The notes under the pieces: model-generated | What the model saw: the letters and a program-made list of their open reading frames with translations, nothing else | Database searches by the model: none | Told to the model about the DNA's origin: nothing | Position numbers and translations under genes: made by a program | In this document: positions 28,501 through 41,575 of the stretch, in pieces | Position numbering within the stretch: position 1 is the first letter of the stretch | How the letters are laid out: every line of letters starts with the position of its first letter | Source of the DNA: Eledone cirrhosa | Taxonomy: Eukaryota | Assembly (NCBI GenBank): GCA_964016885.1 | Contig: OZ024740.1 | Span: forward strand, 427,490,001 to 427,554,000 | Direction: 5' to 3' | Length of the DNA: 64,000 bases

Positions 28501-28550
28501 CACCACCACCCAGCGCCACCACCCAGCCCCACCACCCAGCACCACCATCA
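25530..28550. repeat. Degenerate 13-bp minisatellite (CCCAGCACCACCA)n
   Basis: About 3 kb of variant 13-mers; strong C/G strand skew. Confidence 0.95.
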
Positions 28551-28816
28551 CGAACATCATTACGAACATCGTCATCGTCATCAGCATCATCATCGTCATC
28601 ATCAACATCATCATCATCAACATCAATGCTATTGTTCTTACTCCTGTTAATCAGTAGAATCGGTTTAATACATTCCATCATTGTCTAAGAGGTAGAGACC
28701 AACGTCCAAAGCAAGTTTTAATTTCCACAGTAAATATACGAGTATTTACCACATGTATATATATGTATATATATATATATATATGTATGTCTGTTTATAT
28801 ATATATATGTATGTGT

Positions 28817-28884
<68 letters not shown>

Positions 28885-28894
28885 TATATTATAT

Positions 28895-29455
28895 TTAGAG
28901 TTATAAACTCAAACAGTCCTTTACAATTAATTAGCTCAAAGAAAGAAGCATTTCTGAGCCGTGAAATACAAGTTAATATAAATTAATATATGATAAACAC
29001 ATAAGTGTTTGTATTGTAAATGAGCAAGTTAGCTAGATTGAAAAATACTAATTAAAATAAATATAGTTTGCCTGTCTCGATTTAAAATAATAAATCAATA
29101 AAAACAAACCCACGTGCGTTAGCGCGTGTAAACCAGACCTCCAAAAATATTTCGAGGTGAAACATGCTAATTTTCTGGATACCTGTTGATGACCACAGAA
29201 ATTGGATTCTTTCACTTTTTTAAATTATCGTTGCGAAACTTATTTGGGTTTTCAAATTTCAATTTGTCTACGGAACAAGTTTGGATTTTGAAATTTAAAT
29301 GTGTCCAGGTATCACGGTTATTGCCAATATGGGTTTGTTTTTATTGATTTATTATTTTAAATCGAGACAGGCAAACTATATTTATTTTAATTAGTATTTT
29401 TCAATCTAGCTAACTTGGTCATTTACAATACAAACACTTATGTGTTTATCATATA

Positions 29456-29460
<5 letters not shown>
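28895..29460 (+). mobile_element. Fold-back element with internal long-stem hammerhead, (TA)n on both sides
   Basis: Arms 28982-29111 and 29330-29460; GAUACCUG(29178)-UUGAUGA...GAAA(29235)...GUC-CAGGUAUC(29313); second copy at 56795-57415. Confidence 0.8.
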
Positions 29461-29523
<63 letters not shown>

Positions 29524-29984
29524 TATGTATACGTACATACATATATGTATACAGACGTACAGTAGTATGTATATATACATACATGCACACACATATATAT
29601 ATGTACGTATGGATTCACCGAACATTTATTATAATGCTCGGTGTGTTTGTAAACAAACATCCTGATTTAAGCCGTACAGTGTCTAGCAACCATCGTTGCT
29701 CATTTGTTCAACCCTGACAAAGGAACGCTGTACTAGTTTCAAGCTTATTAGCTATCGTCAGCAACGTATACCTTCCTGCCAGATGATTGAACGTCTGAAA
29801 GTATATACTTTCCTTATGCATATTAACGGCTGAGCAGCCTAATTTGCATATCGAATGAGTTAATCGACCGGGGTGCCGAAAACGATAAACGTCTGTATAC
29901 ATATATGTATGTACGTGTACATACTTACATTTAAGTAACAGCCGTACTAAGAGTGAGAAATGAAATTTCGTTTCATTTTTTTTC

Positions 29985-30028
<44 letters not shown>

Positions 30029-30162
30029 CCAAAAGTTAAACAAGGTTCATTGATTAATCAATAAATATAGTTTTACAATAGATTAGAAGCACTCAACCAA
30101 AAGTTTTCTGACAAGACTGGAATTTACATCAGCACAGTTGAGGTATGTCATACATCAATTTA

Positions 30163-30232
30163 TATATTTTATCTGATGAGGACGTACTGAAAAAACAGCA
30201 CAGTACCTCCGAAATATATATAATAAAATATA
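30163..30232 (+). ncRNA. Type I hammerhead ribozyme
   Basis: 10-bp stem I UAUAUUUUAU/AUAAAAUAUA, CUGAUGA, stem II GUACUG/CAGUAC, GAAA-UAUAUA-UA; host element 30027-30280 flanked by (TA)n. Confidence 0.85.
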
Positions 30233-30273
30233 TTTTGATTACGTTGAATATCTTTATTTATTAATATTTTTAA

Positions 30274-30388
<115 letters not shown>

Positions 30389-30457
30389 CCAAAAGTTAAA
30401 CAAGCTTCATTGATTAATCAATGAATATAGTTTTACAATAGCTTAGAAGCACTCAAC

Positions 30458-30490
<33 letters not shown>

Positions 30491-30867
30491 TGAGAGAGAG
30501 AGAGAGAGGCAGAGAGTGAGATGGAGACAGAGAGAGAGGAGAGGGAAAGGAAGAGAGTGAAGAAATTGAAGGCTTCACCGTACCTGCTTGATAAAATAAA
30601 ATATTCTAATAATAACGAGGCGTATAAACCAAGTGAACGGTAAAAGATGGGCATCAGCTCACATGTGTGGTTTCGCCGCTTCCTAAACTTACTCCCTTTA
30701 TATATATATATATATATTCGAGAAAAACCACAAACCCTCCATCTCAACTCTACTTTTGAAAAGCATAAGAACTGTGAAACCTGTAAAGGAAACAATTAAA
30801 TATTCTTAAAAAGACTCCAGTTCCATTTTCGATTCCATCTTTTTTCCTTATATATATATATATATAT

Positions 30868-31873
30868 ACTGAATCCCGTTGACAACGCGTACTCCCAATT
30901 CGGTCATGATACCAGAAGCCTAACATCCTTTATGTAAGTGGACAGTAAATGACTTATGGAGCCGCAGAAACCCAAATACTGGACTTTACCATCTTTCAAG
31001 GGGTCCGGGTAAGCTTTCAACCATTTATATTTTTATATATTTTTATATTTGTATATCTGTTTGACCCGAATTAGGCGATCGAATTTTCGCTGTGCAGATG
31101 ATTAGTTTAACCACCATCTCAGTGTGTTTGGCCTTTAACGTAAGTTGTAAGCTCTAATTCATATGAATTATCGAGCGCTTGCCACACAACTCGGAAGTGA
31201 TTTTCGTTAATTCCTGAGCTGAAATTCGATTCTCGCTAATTTTTACTTGTATTAATCTCCAGAGTCCAGCTATTGGCCAGTTAATTTTATCGATTGTTTT
31301 TGGTTTATTCCATTGACTGCTGAATAGCTTTGTTATATTTAACCACTCTGTCGAGAGTTTTATTTGATTTGTGATATTTTGCATTTTCGCAATATTATAC
31401 ACAACTGAATTCATTCGCCTAATATAGGTGTTGCCTCCCTTGCTGAACCCCACGTGTGGTCAGTTACAGACACATTTATGTGGACTTTCGAACTGAATCC
31501 CGTTGACAACGCGTACACCCAGTTCGGTCATGATACCAGAAGCCTAACATCCTTTATGTAAGTGGACAGTAAATGACTTATGGAGCCGCAGAAACCCAAA
31601 TACTGGACTTTACCATCTTTCCAGGGGTCCGGGTAAGCTTTCAACCATTTATATTTTTAGATATTTTTATATTTGTATATCTGTTTGAACCCGAATTAGG
31701 CGATCGAATTTTCGCTGTGCGGATGATTAGTTTAACCACCATCTCAGTGTGTTTGGCCTTTAACGTAAGTTGTAAGCTCTAATTCATATGAATTATCGAG
31801 CGCTTGCCACACAACTCGGAAGTGATTTTCGTTAATTCCTGAGCTGAAATTCGATTCTCGCTAATTTTTACTT
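30868..31873. mobile_element. 1-kb element with about 381-bp direct repeats inserted in (TA)n
   Basis: 30868-31248 nearly identical to 31492-31873, 243-bp unique spacer, (TA)n on both sides. Confidence 0.75.
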
Positions 31874-31952
31874 ATATATATATATATATATATATATAAA
31901 TATATATATTCATTCAAAATATTAACAAAAATAGAACTTCATTGTGATCAAG

Positions 31953-32021
31953 TATATTTTATTATATATATTTCAGAGGTACTGAGCTAACTTCAACAGT
32001 ACGTCCTCATCAGATAAAATA
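31953..32021 (-). ncRNA. Type I hammerhead ribozyme (same family as 30163)
   Basis: Minus: UAUUUUAU-CUGAUGA-GGACGUACUG...CAGUACCUCU-GAAA-UAUAUA-UA-AUAAAAUA. Confidence 0.8.
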
Positions 32022-32136
32022 AGATTATGCATGACATACCCTGACATAGTAACTCCGGAAAACCATTACCGTTGAGTGCTTCCAATCTATTGTAAAACTA
32101 ATTCTTTGATTTATTCATTGAACCTTGTTTAAACTT

Positions 32137-32198
<62 letters not shown>

Positions 32199-32308
32199 CT
32201 GTATATTTACTCCACTATACTGTTGAGTGTTTTATATCAGTTATAAAAATGTTTACGCTTGTTGAATCCCAACAAATTAAATATAACCTCTGCATATATA
32301 TATATGTA

Positions 32309-32398
<90 letters not shown>

Positions 32399-32435
32399 AA
32401 AATGTTTAACCATATTTATTTTATTTCTCATTCTT

Positions 32436-32471
32436 TCTTCTGATGAAGGACTAGCGTCCGAAACGTTAAGA
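32436..32471 (+). ncRNA. Minimal hammerhead ribozyme
   Basis: UCUU-CUGAUGA-AGGAC-UAGC-GUCC-GAAACGUU-AAGA. Confidence 0.8.
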
Positions 32472-32577
32472 TCCTCTTCCTGCTATATCAAGCTTTAACC
32501 TAATATATACCTTCCATATACTGTACCGATTGTGTTGTTATTTCTGTTTACCTTTTACACACACACATATATATATA

Positions 32578-34080
32578 TAATTATAATTTTTAAGCAATAT
32601 AATTTTTAAGCAATATAATTTAAAAAAATATATATAAGAATATATAGAAAAAACACAGTATAAAATATGAATTATAATTTTTTATATCCATCAGAGGAAT
32701 TAACAAAAAAAAACTTTTTTTTAGAAACTTTCAGTATGTTTATCTTAATTTTTTATACCCATAAGAGAAATTTTCAAAAGAGGAAATTTAAAAAAATCCC
32801 TTTTGTTTAAAAAACTTTCAGTATGTTTATCTGGAAGAATTTTCAATGAAAAATTTTTTAAGGAAAAAATGTTTCATTTAAGAGAGTTTTAGGCAGTCGT
32901 ATGAAGGAATCTAATGATTTATCGATAGGTTTAATAAGATGAGTTTTATATTTCATTTTAAATTTATATAATTAACCGTTGAATTTAATCTATGTTTGCA
33001 GCAACTGAAAAGATTGTTCCTTAAATTCATAGAATGTTTGCTTTTATATATAAAGAATATTTCCTCTATACAAAGAGCACAATTTTCAGAAGAAGCATTC
33101 AATGGGGGAGCGTTGGAGATACTATTCCAAAGTAAAGAATAGTTAATGTTCTTTGATTTTAGGTCCCATAAGCTAGATAGAGAAGTTGAAGATTGTTTAT
33201 TTATATTCGTAAAAGAGCATTTATGGTTATTAAAACGAGATTTAAAGTCTGTGGAAGTAGAACCTACATAATTAAATGAATTTAAATTAGTTTTTACATT
33301 ACAATTATATACTATATTTTTAGCTAAACAATTGTTATTTAACGGACAGTTATATTTATTTCTACAGTTACATTTATCAAAATTCAAGTTACTAGGAGCT
33401 GTATTATTAAATTGGATATTGCTGGGGTTGTTAATGGTATTCTGGTTAGGTTTTAAGTTTCTATTATTAATTCTATTAATATTCTGCGCTAAGTTGCTGG
33501 TGGTTGAATAAGTTAATTTTATAGTATGTTTCTTAAATATTGAGTAATATCTAAGTGTTCTAGGGAAGCATTTGTCAGGAGCTTTACAGAATAGTTTAGC
33601 AATAGGAGTTTTAATATTTAATGAGAAAGGAGGAGCGAACCATAATATATTCCTAGTTCTATTTCTTTTTTTGATTTTTCGAATTATTGTAAGATTTTCT
33701 ATTATAGTGTTAAAATTATGGTTAGTTGTTATATTATTATGATCAATGTATTTAATTTATTACTATATCCAGCTCTACCTAACGCTTCGTTGTAATACTG
33801 TGCTTTATCATCAAAAATATTCTTATTAGCTGAAATTCTATATATATATTTTTTAGCTGAAATTCTATATATATATTTATTAGCTGAAATTCTATATATG
33901 TATTTATTAGCTGAACTTCTCTATATATATATTTTAAAATTATATTGCTGAAAAATTATATTGCTTAAAAATTATAATTCCTTTTAAAATTATATAATTA
34001 TATTTTTTTAAATTGTAATTTCTTTTAAAATTATAATCCTTTTTAAAATTATAGCTCATATTTTATTTTATATTATATAT
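32578..34080 (-). mobile_element. 5'-truncated AT-rich Penelope-like element (GIY-YIG end; possibly Naiad-type)
   Basis: RNILWFAPPFS at about 33620-33655 and GIY-YIG ORF; its 3' terminus (32578-32622) recurs inverted at 33935-33978. Confidence 0.75.
32953..33387 (-). pseudogene. PLE GIY-YIG endonuclease domain
   Basis: CNCRNKYNCPLNNNC...IVY...YVGST..FKSRFNNHK.SF...C.LCIEE...CKH. Confidence 0.85.
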
Positions 34081-34614
34081 TTTGTATTTATATATATATG
34101 TATATATGTGTATATATGTGTTTATATGTATGTATATATATATATGTATGTATATATGTGTATGTATATATATGTATACATGTATGTATGTCTGTGTATG
34201 TATATGTATATATATCAAAATGTATAATTTGAATACTTTCTATGAATGAACTCTTATAAAAGATTTTTTACGGTTTATGCTTTAGATATATTCTTATGAA
34301 AAACTTTAAACATTAAGACGTTATAGTAAACAAACTTATATTTTAACAGTCACAATTGTATAACAGGTGGATTTATAAAATATATAAAATTTATAAAATT
34401 ATAACTTGCTATAAAATAAGATAAGATTTTTTATAATCTTAACTTTTTTTATCATCTTAACCTTTATAACATTTAATCCTTAGAGCTATCTAAATTACAA
34501 ATAAATCACTTAATTTCATTCACGCAGTATTGCTATTACGAAGAAGAGATTATTCTTCGGTAAAATCTCTGAATTTCCATGGGTTTAGAAACATTCCTAT
34601 ATTTTAAACATAAC

Positions 34615-34745
34615 ATTTTTTATTTTTTATTATTTTTTATTATTTTTTATTATTTTTAATTATTTTTAATTATTTTTTATTATTTTTAATTATTTTTTAT
34701 TATTTTTTATTATGTTTTATTATTTTTTATTATTTTTTATTGATA
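34615..34745. repeat. 10-bp tandem repeat (TTATTATTTT)n
   Basis: Direct observation. Confidence 0.85.
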
Positions 34746-34846
34746 ATTAATTGAAAAATTAATAGTTAATTGTTGGTTGATGATTAATAATAAATTTATA
34801 TATGGTTATGTAATAATAACATATATTTTAATAATTTTTTTTAATA

Positions 34847-34900
<54 letters not shown>

Positions 34901-35567
34901 TTTTAATAATATATAGATTTCAATTTTTAATTTATATATCTCAATAATTTAACTGACATATTTAATTGATAAATTAAACATTTTATCAAATTTAAACATT
35001 AGGTAAAATTCTCCGGTTATTATTATTTATTTATTTATCCACGCTTTATTTACTCCGCGTAATTCATCCACTATATATTTATTTTTTCGCTTCATCATCT
35101 CATAAATTACGTTAATGCAACACTCTCTCACTTAGGGTTTTCTCTCTTTCTTTTGTTTTCCTTCTTTGGGTTTGCTCTTTCTTTTTCTTTTTCTTCTTTT
35201 TCCTATTCCAACGGCTTAATTTAAACCTACTGGGATTTAAACCTCTCCGACACTAATTTGCATAATAGACCAATAATAAAATTAGTAACCCCGCTATCTG
35301 GGAGCCTCCAACCGACATGGTCGCATTCTTTAAGGGTATGTCAATATTTGTTTATAAAACTGATCTATATTATATTTTATTCGATGAAAGCGCACCATAA
35401 TTTGCTTTGGTGTCCTTGAAATCTGTATAATGAAATAAATATAGTTTATTAAATATAGTTACCATTTGTTAATATATTGTATATTTAATCCAATAATTTG
35501 TTGAGTGCTTTATATCAGTTATAAAAATATTTGCTTGTTGTATCCCAACAAATTAAATATAACTTCT

Positions 35568-35641
<74 letters not shown>

Positions 35642-36309
35642 GGCCCATTTGACCAGGAGTGACTTTGAGTACGATTACTCATGTCTGTACATGGAGGCGG
35701 GATGTGCATTGAGGCAGTACAGTATGCTGTTATTTTGTTTATAATTATTATTTTTTTTTTTTTTTGTATAGTAATTTCGAGGTAGTTCTAGTCTAATGCA
35801 TTTATGCAAACCTATGCCTCTGTTTCATCTTAACATTCATTTTTGCTAGTGGAGAGTTTTTGATTCGCTGAACAATATCAAAGCTTTCCTACTACAAAGA
35901 TTACTAAAATATAATGAACCAAAATTTAAAAGGCAACTGCAGATTATGTAGTAACCAGACAGAGACAATCGATCACATTTTTTGTCTAAATGTCCAGTTT
36001 TAGACATCAATGAAGTATATATGTGTGCATGTATATATGTATTATAAATATATATTTTACATTATATATATATAATTTACAGAGAGGGTGATGGAGATAT
36101 CTATATCTATCTATATATATATATATATTATATATATATTTATTTATTTATTTATTTATTATATATATATATATATATATGAAGAATAACATTGATTAAA
36201 ACCAGTTAGAAACGTTTCACTGATGGTTGGCTCAAGGTCCATAATTGTGTTATAGACCCGACTCCATGATCAATCTTCTCATTAGACTTGTTAATCAAAT
36301 AAAGGCCGA

Positions 36310-36386
<77 letters not shown>

Positions 36387-36435
36387 AATAAAATAGCAAT
36401 GACGATTGGTTACTTCTTCATTACGTTTATTGGTT

Positions 36436-36506
36436 GGTGACGCGCGTTTCGCCACTGAACAGCATCGATCTGACCCGACTCTTTAAACTGCGGCTCGTCA
36501 GACGCC
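36436..36506 (-). ncRNA. Hammerhead ribozyme
   Basis: Minus: GGCGU-CUGACGA-GCCGC...GUGGC-GAAA-CGCGC-GUC-ACC; canonical GUC site; host fragment between two (TA)n tracts. Confidence 0.75.
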
Positions 36507-36572
36507 TTGTAATGGTAATGGAAAAATTAATATTCACTCGAGTGAACCTACAGTAACTGCAAGTTACACTCC

Positions 36573-36603
<31 letters not shown>

Positions 36604-36801
36604 ACGAAAGAAAAGTGATAAGGAACCAGATGGACCATAACGCACCAGAGTACTCAATACTTAGCGTAGTAGAGTGGGTAATAGGAAAATGGTTGTATTT
36701 ATTTATTCAAATAACAGATTAAAGTTTAAGCAAAGAATCGCTGCTTTCACCTTTAACGGGATCTTCTGAAACTAACAAAGTCAATCTGTAAACGCAGAAG
36801 T

Positions 36802-36913
<112 letters not shown>

Positions 36914-37225
36914 GTATAATGAGAATGAGAGTTTCAGTATTTTCACAATCACCCGTAACACGAGATTTATAAGTGTCTCGTGCCTTAATCAATTACAATC
37001 AGATTCGATTCTGGAATCAATATTGTCACCATCCACCGTCTTGATCTGAATAGGAATATGTTCATCCCTGTTTATACAGGATTTCCTATATATACTGTAT
37101 ATAAAATCGACCATACTCAGATGTGATGTCCTGATTATGTGGGAATTAATATGTGAGGTTGGCCACCTACTGTGGTGAAGCTGACCCCGTGTAAGATGAA
37201 GTGGAGATCATAACGAATGTTAACG

Positions 37226-37330
37226 CAAAGTTAACCTCGGCGAGATTTGAACTGAGAACGTGAGGGTCCATAACTCTATGCTGCAAAGCATGGCGTCCGC
37301 CCCTCTACTGATACTGCCAACCACCGCCAC
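37226..37330 (-). mobile_element. SINE head fragment (Nin/Deu-domain-like family)
   Basis: AAAGTTAACCTCGGCGAGATTTGAACTGAG, as in other copies. Confidence 0.65.
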
Positions 37331-37381
37331 AATAAAACAAAATAATGCTGACCATAGTGACATCCTCATCAGAATGTAAAC

Positions 37382-37544
37382 CAGTCATGGGAAAAATGCG
37401 GCCCGCGGGCCACATGCGGCTCGCTTGGCTCTCTGGATGGCATGCATAATTTCAAACGTGCGTTAAATGTTATAGTCGTTCGGTGGGTGTCATGTTGAGA
37501 CACATCCTATACGGTTGACAGCTCCGAAAAGGTTTCCATGCCTG
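37382..37544. mobile_element. Short hAT-type MITE
   Basis: Imperfect TIR CAGTCATGGGAA/TTTCCATGCCTG, subterminal GCGGCCCGCGGGCC, 8-bp TSD ATGTAAAC/GTGTAAAC (7 of 8). Confidence 0.7.
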
Positions 37545-37599
37545 GTGTAAACAAACGTAAAGATAATAGAAAATAGAAAATGGAAAAGTAAAAAATATA

Positions 37600-39140
37600 T
37601 ATATATACTCACCCAATTAATATATATATACCCACCCAATTAATATATATATATACCCAACCAATTAATATATACCCAACCAATTAATATATATATATAC
37701 CCAGCCAATTAATGTATATATACCCAGCTAATTAAAATATATATACCCAACCATTTAATGTTTATATACCCAGCCAATTAATGTACATACACCCAACCAA
37801 TTAATGTATATATATATATACCCAACCAATTAATCTATATATACCCAACCATTTAATGTATATATACCCAACCAATTAATGTATATATATACCCAACCAA
37901 TTAATCTATATATACCCAACCATTTAATGTATATATACCCAACCAATTAATGTATATATATACCCAACCAATTAATGTATATATATATATATATACCCAA
38001 CCAATTAATATATATATACCCAACCAATTAATGTATATATACCCAGCCAATTAATGTATATATATCCAAACAATTAAGGTATATACCCAAGCAATTAATA
38101 TATATATACCCAGCTAATTAATCTATATATACCCAGCCAATTAATGTATATATACCCAGCTAATTAATATATATATACCCAGCCAATTAATATATATATA
38201 CCCAACCAAATAATGTATATATACCCAGCCAATTAATGTATATATACCCAACCAATTAATGTATATATACCCAACCAATTAATGTATATATACCCAACCA
38301 ATTAATGTATATATACCCAGCCAATTATTGTATACATACGCAGCTAATTAATGTATATATACCCAGCTAATTAATATATATATACCCAGAAAATTAATGT
38401 ATATATACCCCACCAATTAATATATATATACCCAACCAATTAATATATATATACCCAACCATTTAATGTATATATACCCAACCAATTAATATATATATAC
38501 CCAACCAATTAATATATATATACCCAACCAATTAATATATACCCAACCAATTAATATATATATACCCAACCAATTAATGTATATATACCCAACCAATTAA
38601 TGTATATATACCCAGCCAATTAATATATATATATATATACCCAGCTAATTAATATATATATACCCAGAAAATTAATGTATATATACCCCACCAATTAATA
38701 TATATATACCCAGCCAATTAATGTATATATATCCAGCCAATTAATGTATATACCCAGCTAATTAATGTATATATACCCAGCCAATTAATATATATATACC
38801 CAGCCAATTAATATATATATACCCAGCCAATTAATGTATATATATGCAGCCAATTAATGTATATATATACCCAGCTAATTAATGTATATATACCCAGCTA
38901 ATTAATATATATATACCCAACCAATTAATATATATATACCCAACCAATTAATACATATATACCCAGCCAATTAATGTATATATATATATACCCAGCTAAT
39001 TAATGTATATATACCCAGCCAATTAATATATATATACCAAGCCAATTAATATATATATATACCCAACCAATTAATATATATACACCCAGCCCATTAATGT
39101 ATATATACCCAGCCAATTAATGTATATATACACCCAAGCA
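37600..39140. repeat. Minisatellite, about 25-bp unit ACCCA(A/G)CCAATTAAT(G/A)(TA)n
   Basis: About 1.5 kb tandem array with a variable TA number per unit. Confidence 0.95.
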
Positions 39141-40491
39141 CACGTGGTAAACTGAGTTGTAAAGTATGATGAAGGTGGTGACATCTACACAGATGTATAT
39201 CGCAACTCCATCAGTTAAATTCTCTCCTGTTACAACAAAATACAACATAATTTGGTATATGTATTTCTACATCTGTTAACTTTCAGGTGCATTTCTGTAA
39301 GTACGTTGCATATTGCTTGGTTATGTTGAGATATCTAACGTAGGGGATGTTGGCCCCGTTGGTAAGTTTCAGCAAGTCTCTTGTATTTCGTGATAATATT
39401 AGCGTGATATTTGAGTGGGTGACACTAGTGTTGATTGATGTGACATTCGGATAAGTGGACACCAGGAATCTGGTATTGTCACAGTTCTTCAGTTCTGATG
39501 AGCTTCACTTCAATTTTGTATCTGTTGCAGCCAGATCAACTGTCTCACAATTTTCTGTGCCATTCCTAATAAAAAGATTGTTCTTCAACTGCTACACACC
39601 GGACCGCATCTACACACCGCACCGCATATACACACCCGACCGCATCTAGACAATGTCTGTTGATTTTAACAGAAGTGTTTATCCCATTGTGTAAAACTCT
39701 CACAGAGTTTAGGCGGAGTAGATCTTATGGAGTAAGGGATGTGTAGATTAGCAGCGTAACCCATTTTTTTCATGTTAGCAAATCCCTTTCACGAAAAACT
39801 TCGAGTTGACGGGGTTTCTGATCCCAGAATCTTATAATTATACATTTCTGGCAAGGAACCATCATTTGACTCCTTCGTTCCTTGTGTTATTTCCCTATTC
39901 CCCCTTTTGTTTCAATTTTCTCTGGTGGCTGTTCACACCACCTATGGTGTTATACGTTGCTTTACATGGTTTAGCGTCATTTGTTTCACAGTTTCCCTCC
40001 TTCGTTGTCTTATATCCCTAGCCTGCTCCTTCACTCGAAGTATCGTTTGACCCTTTTCCGCTTCTCTTGAACTTGAGGACATTCGTTATTGGTTTCTTTT
40101 TTCATGAATGTTTCATCATTTAAGATACTATTGAGTAACACCATATGCATCTTATATACACATGCCAATACATATGTATATGTATATATATATAAACACA
40201 TAGTAGAAAGGAAAAATATTTTTTCAGTAGAAAATGTTAAAGAGAGTTTTTTAGTGAAATTTCAAAACATGAATTTATTTACAATACCGGTTTAAGCATT
40301 AAATGCATTGTCAATTTCAGATATGCAGAATATTTTTAAATTGCATATTTGTACAAATAGTGAAAATAATGATAATAACAAAGAAAATATAGAGAGGGGA
40401 AAAAATTAATTTTCACATATATGTTCCTTTAGAGAAGAAAGTCAATTTGTCTGTCCATCCTTCTCTGCTAACGGCTTGATTGTGTATATAC

Positions 40492-40551
<60 letters not shown>

Positions 40552-40581
40552 ATACATATATACATACATACACACACACAC

Positions 40582-40627
<46 letters not shown>

Positions 40628-40629
<2 letters not shown>

Positions 40630-40676
40630 TTCCTGAAGATTTCATCTGAATGAAACAGTACTAGTCCTGTAGAAGC
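40628..40676 (+). ncRNA. Type I hammerhead ribozyme with complete stem III
   Basis: GCUUC-CUGAAGA-UUUCAUCUGAAU-GAAACAG-loop-CUGUA-GAAGC; family copies at 19161 and 54147; lies between (TA)n tracts. Confidence 0.8.
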
Positions 40677-41204
40677 TCCTTCTATAAAATAAAAAATATA
40701 TATATATATATATATATAAATGTATGTATAGTATATTTGATAATATACTGTATGTTTAATTAAAAAGATTTTGAAGACCTTGCGCTATTATTTTAACGTA
40801 GTGACTATGCCACTTAGTTCTTTTTTCAGCAAAGGAAAGGAGAGAAGCTGACAGATCTGTTTCACACTTTTGGTGTTCCTTAGAGCAACGTACTCGCCGA
40901 CCTCTGCCGAAAATTATCGAGGCTGGATTCTTATAGAATTCCAGTAATAATCAGGAACTGATAATACAGAGCGATTGCCGGTCCAGCAAAAATTAAAAAT
41001 TAGGATCGGTGCTCTGAAATAGCGATGTATACATGAACGTACGCATAGAATATTTGGTTATATACTGTATGTTTAATTAAAAACATTTTGAAGACTTTGC
41101 GCTATTATTTTAAAGTAGTGACTAATTAAACATACAGTATATTACCAAATATACTATACATACATTCATGTATGCATCGCTATTTCAGAGCACCAATCCT
41201 AATT

Positions 41205-41308
41205 CTTCTTCTTCTTCTTCTTCTTCTTCTTCTTCTTCTTCTTCTTCTTCTTCTTCTTCTTCTTCTTCTTCTTCTTCTTCTTCTTCTTCTTCTTCTTCTT
41301 CTTCTTCA
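41205..41308. repeat. (TTC)n microsatellite
   Basis: Direct observation. Confidence 0.97.
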
Positions 41309-41575
41309 TCAAAAAAGAAGGAAAAAAAAAAAAAACGAGATATACAGAGACGTAAGTGGATAGAAAAATAAAATAGAATTTAAAAAAGAAATTAAATTAA
41401 AAAATGAAATAGAGAAAGCCAACTGGAAGAAAAATAAGTATAAGAAAAGATGAAGAAAAAATGGAATGCAAGGGAAGCTGTAAAGTATCTAAAGGTTTCT
41501 GTTGAATCTTTTCGTTATCTCCGTACTCAAAGATTTTGTTTATAGTTAGTAGATCTTTTACAATATATTACTTTC

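Noticed and set aside
25530-28550. Chi (GCTGGTGG) site array
   Set aside because: Units read GCTGGGTGG or GCTGGATGG, not Chi, and Chi is irrelevant in this genome
36195-36290. Hammerhead on the minus strand (CUAAUGA...GAAACGUU)
   Set aside because: Core mutated and stems too weak to count, though the context between (TA)n tracts is suggestive
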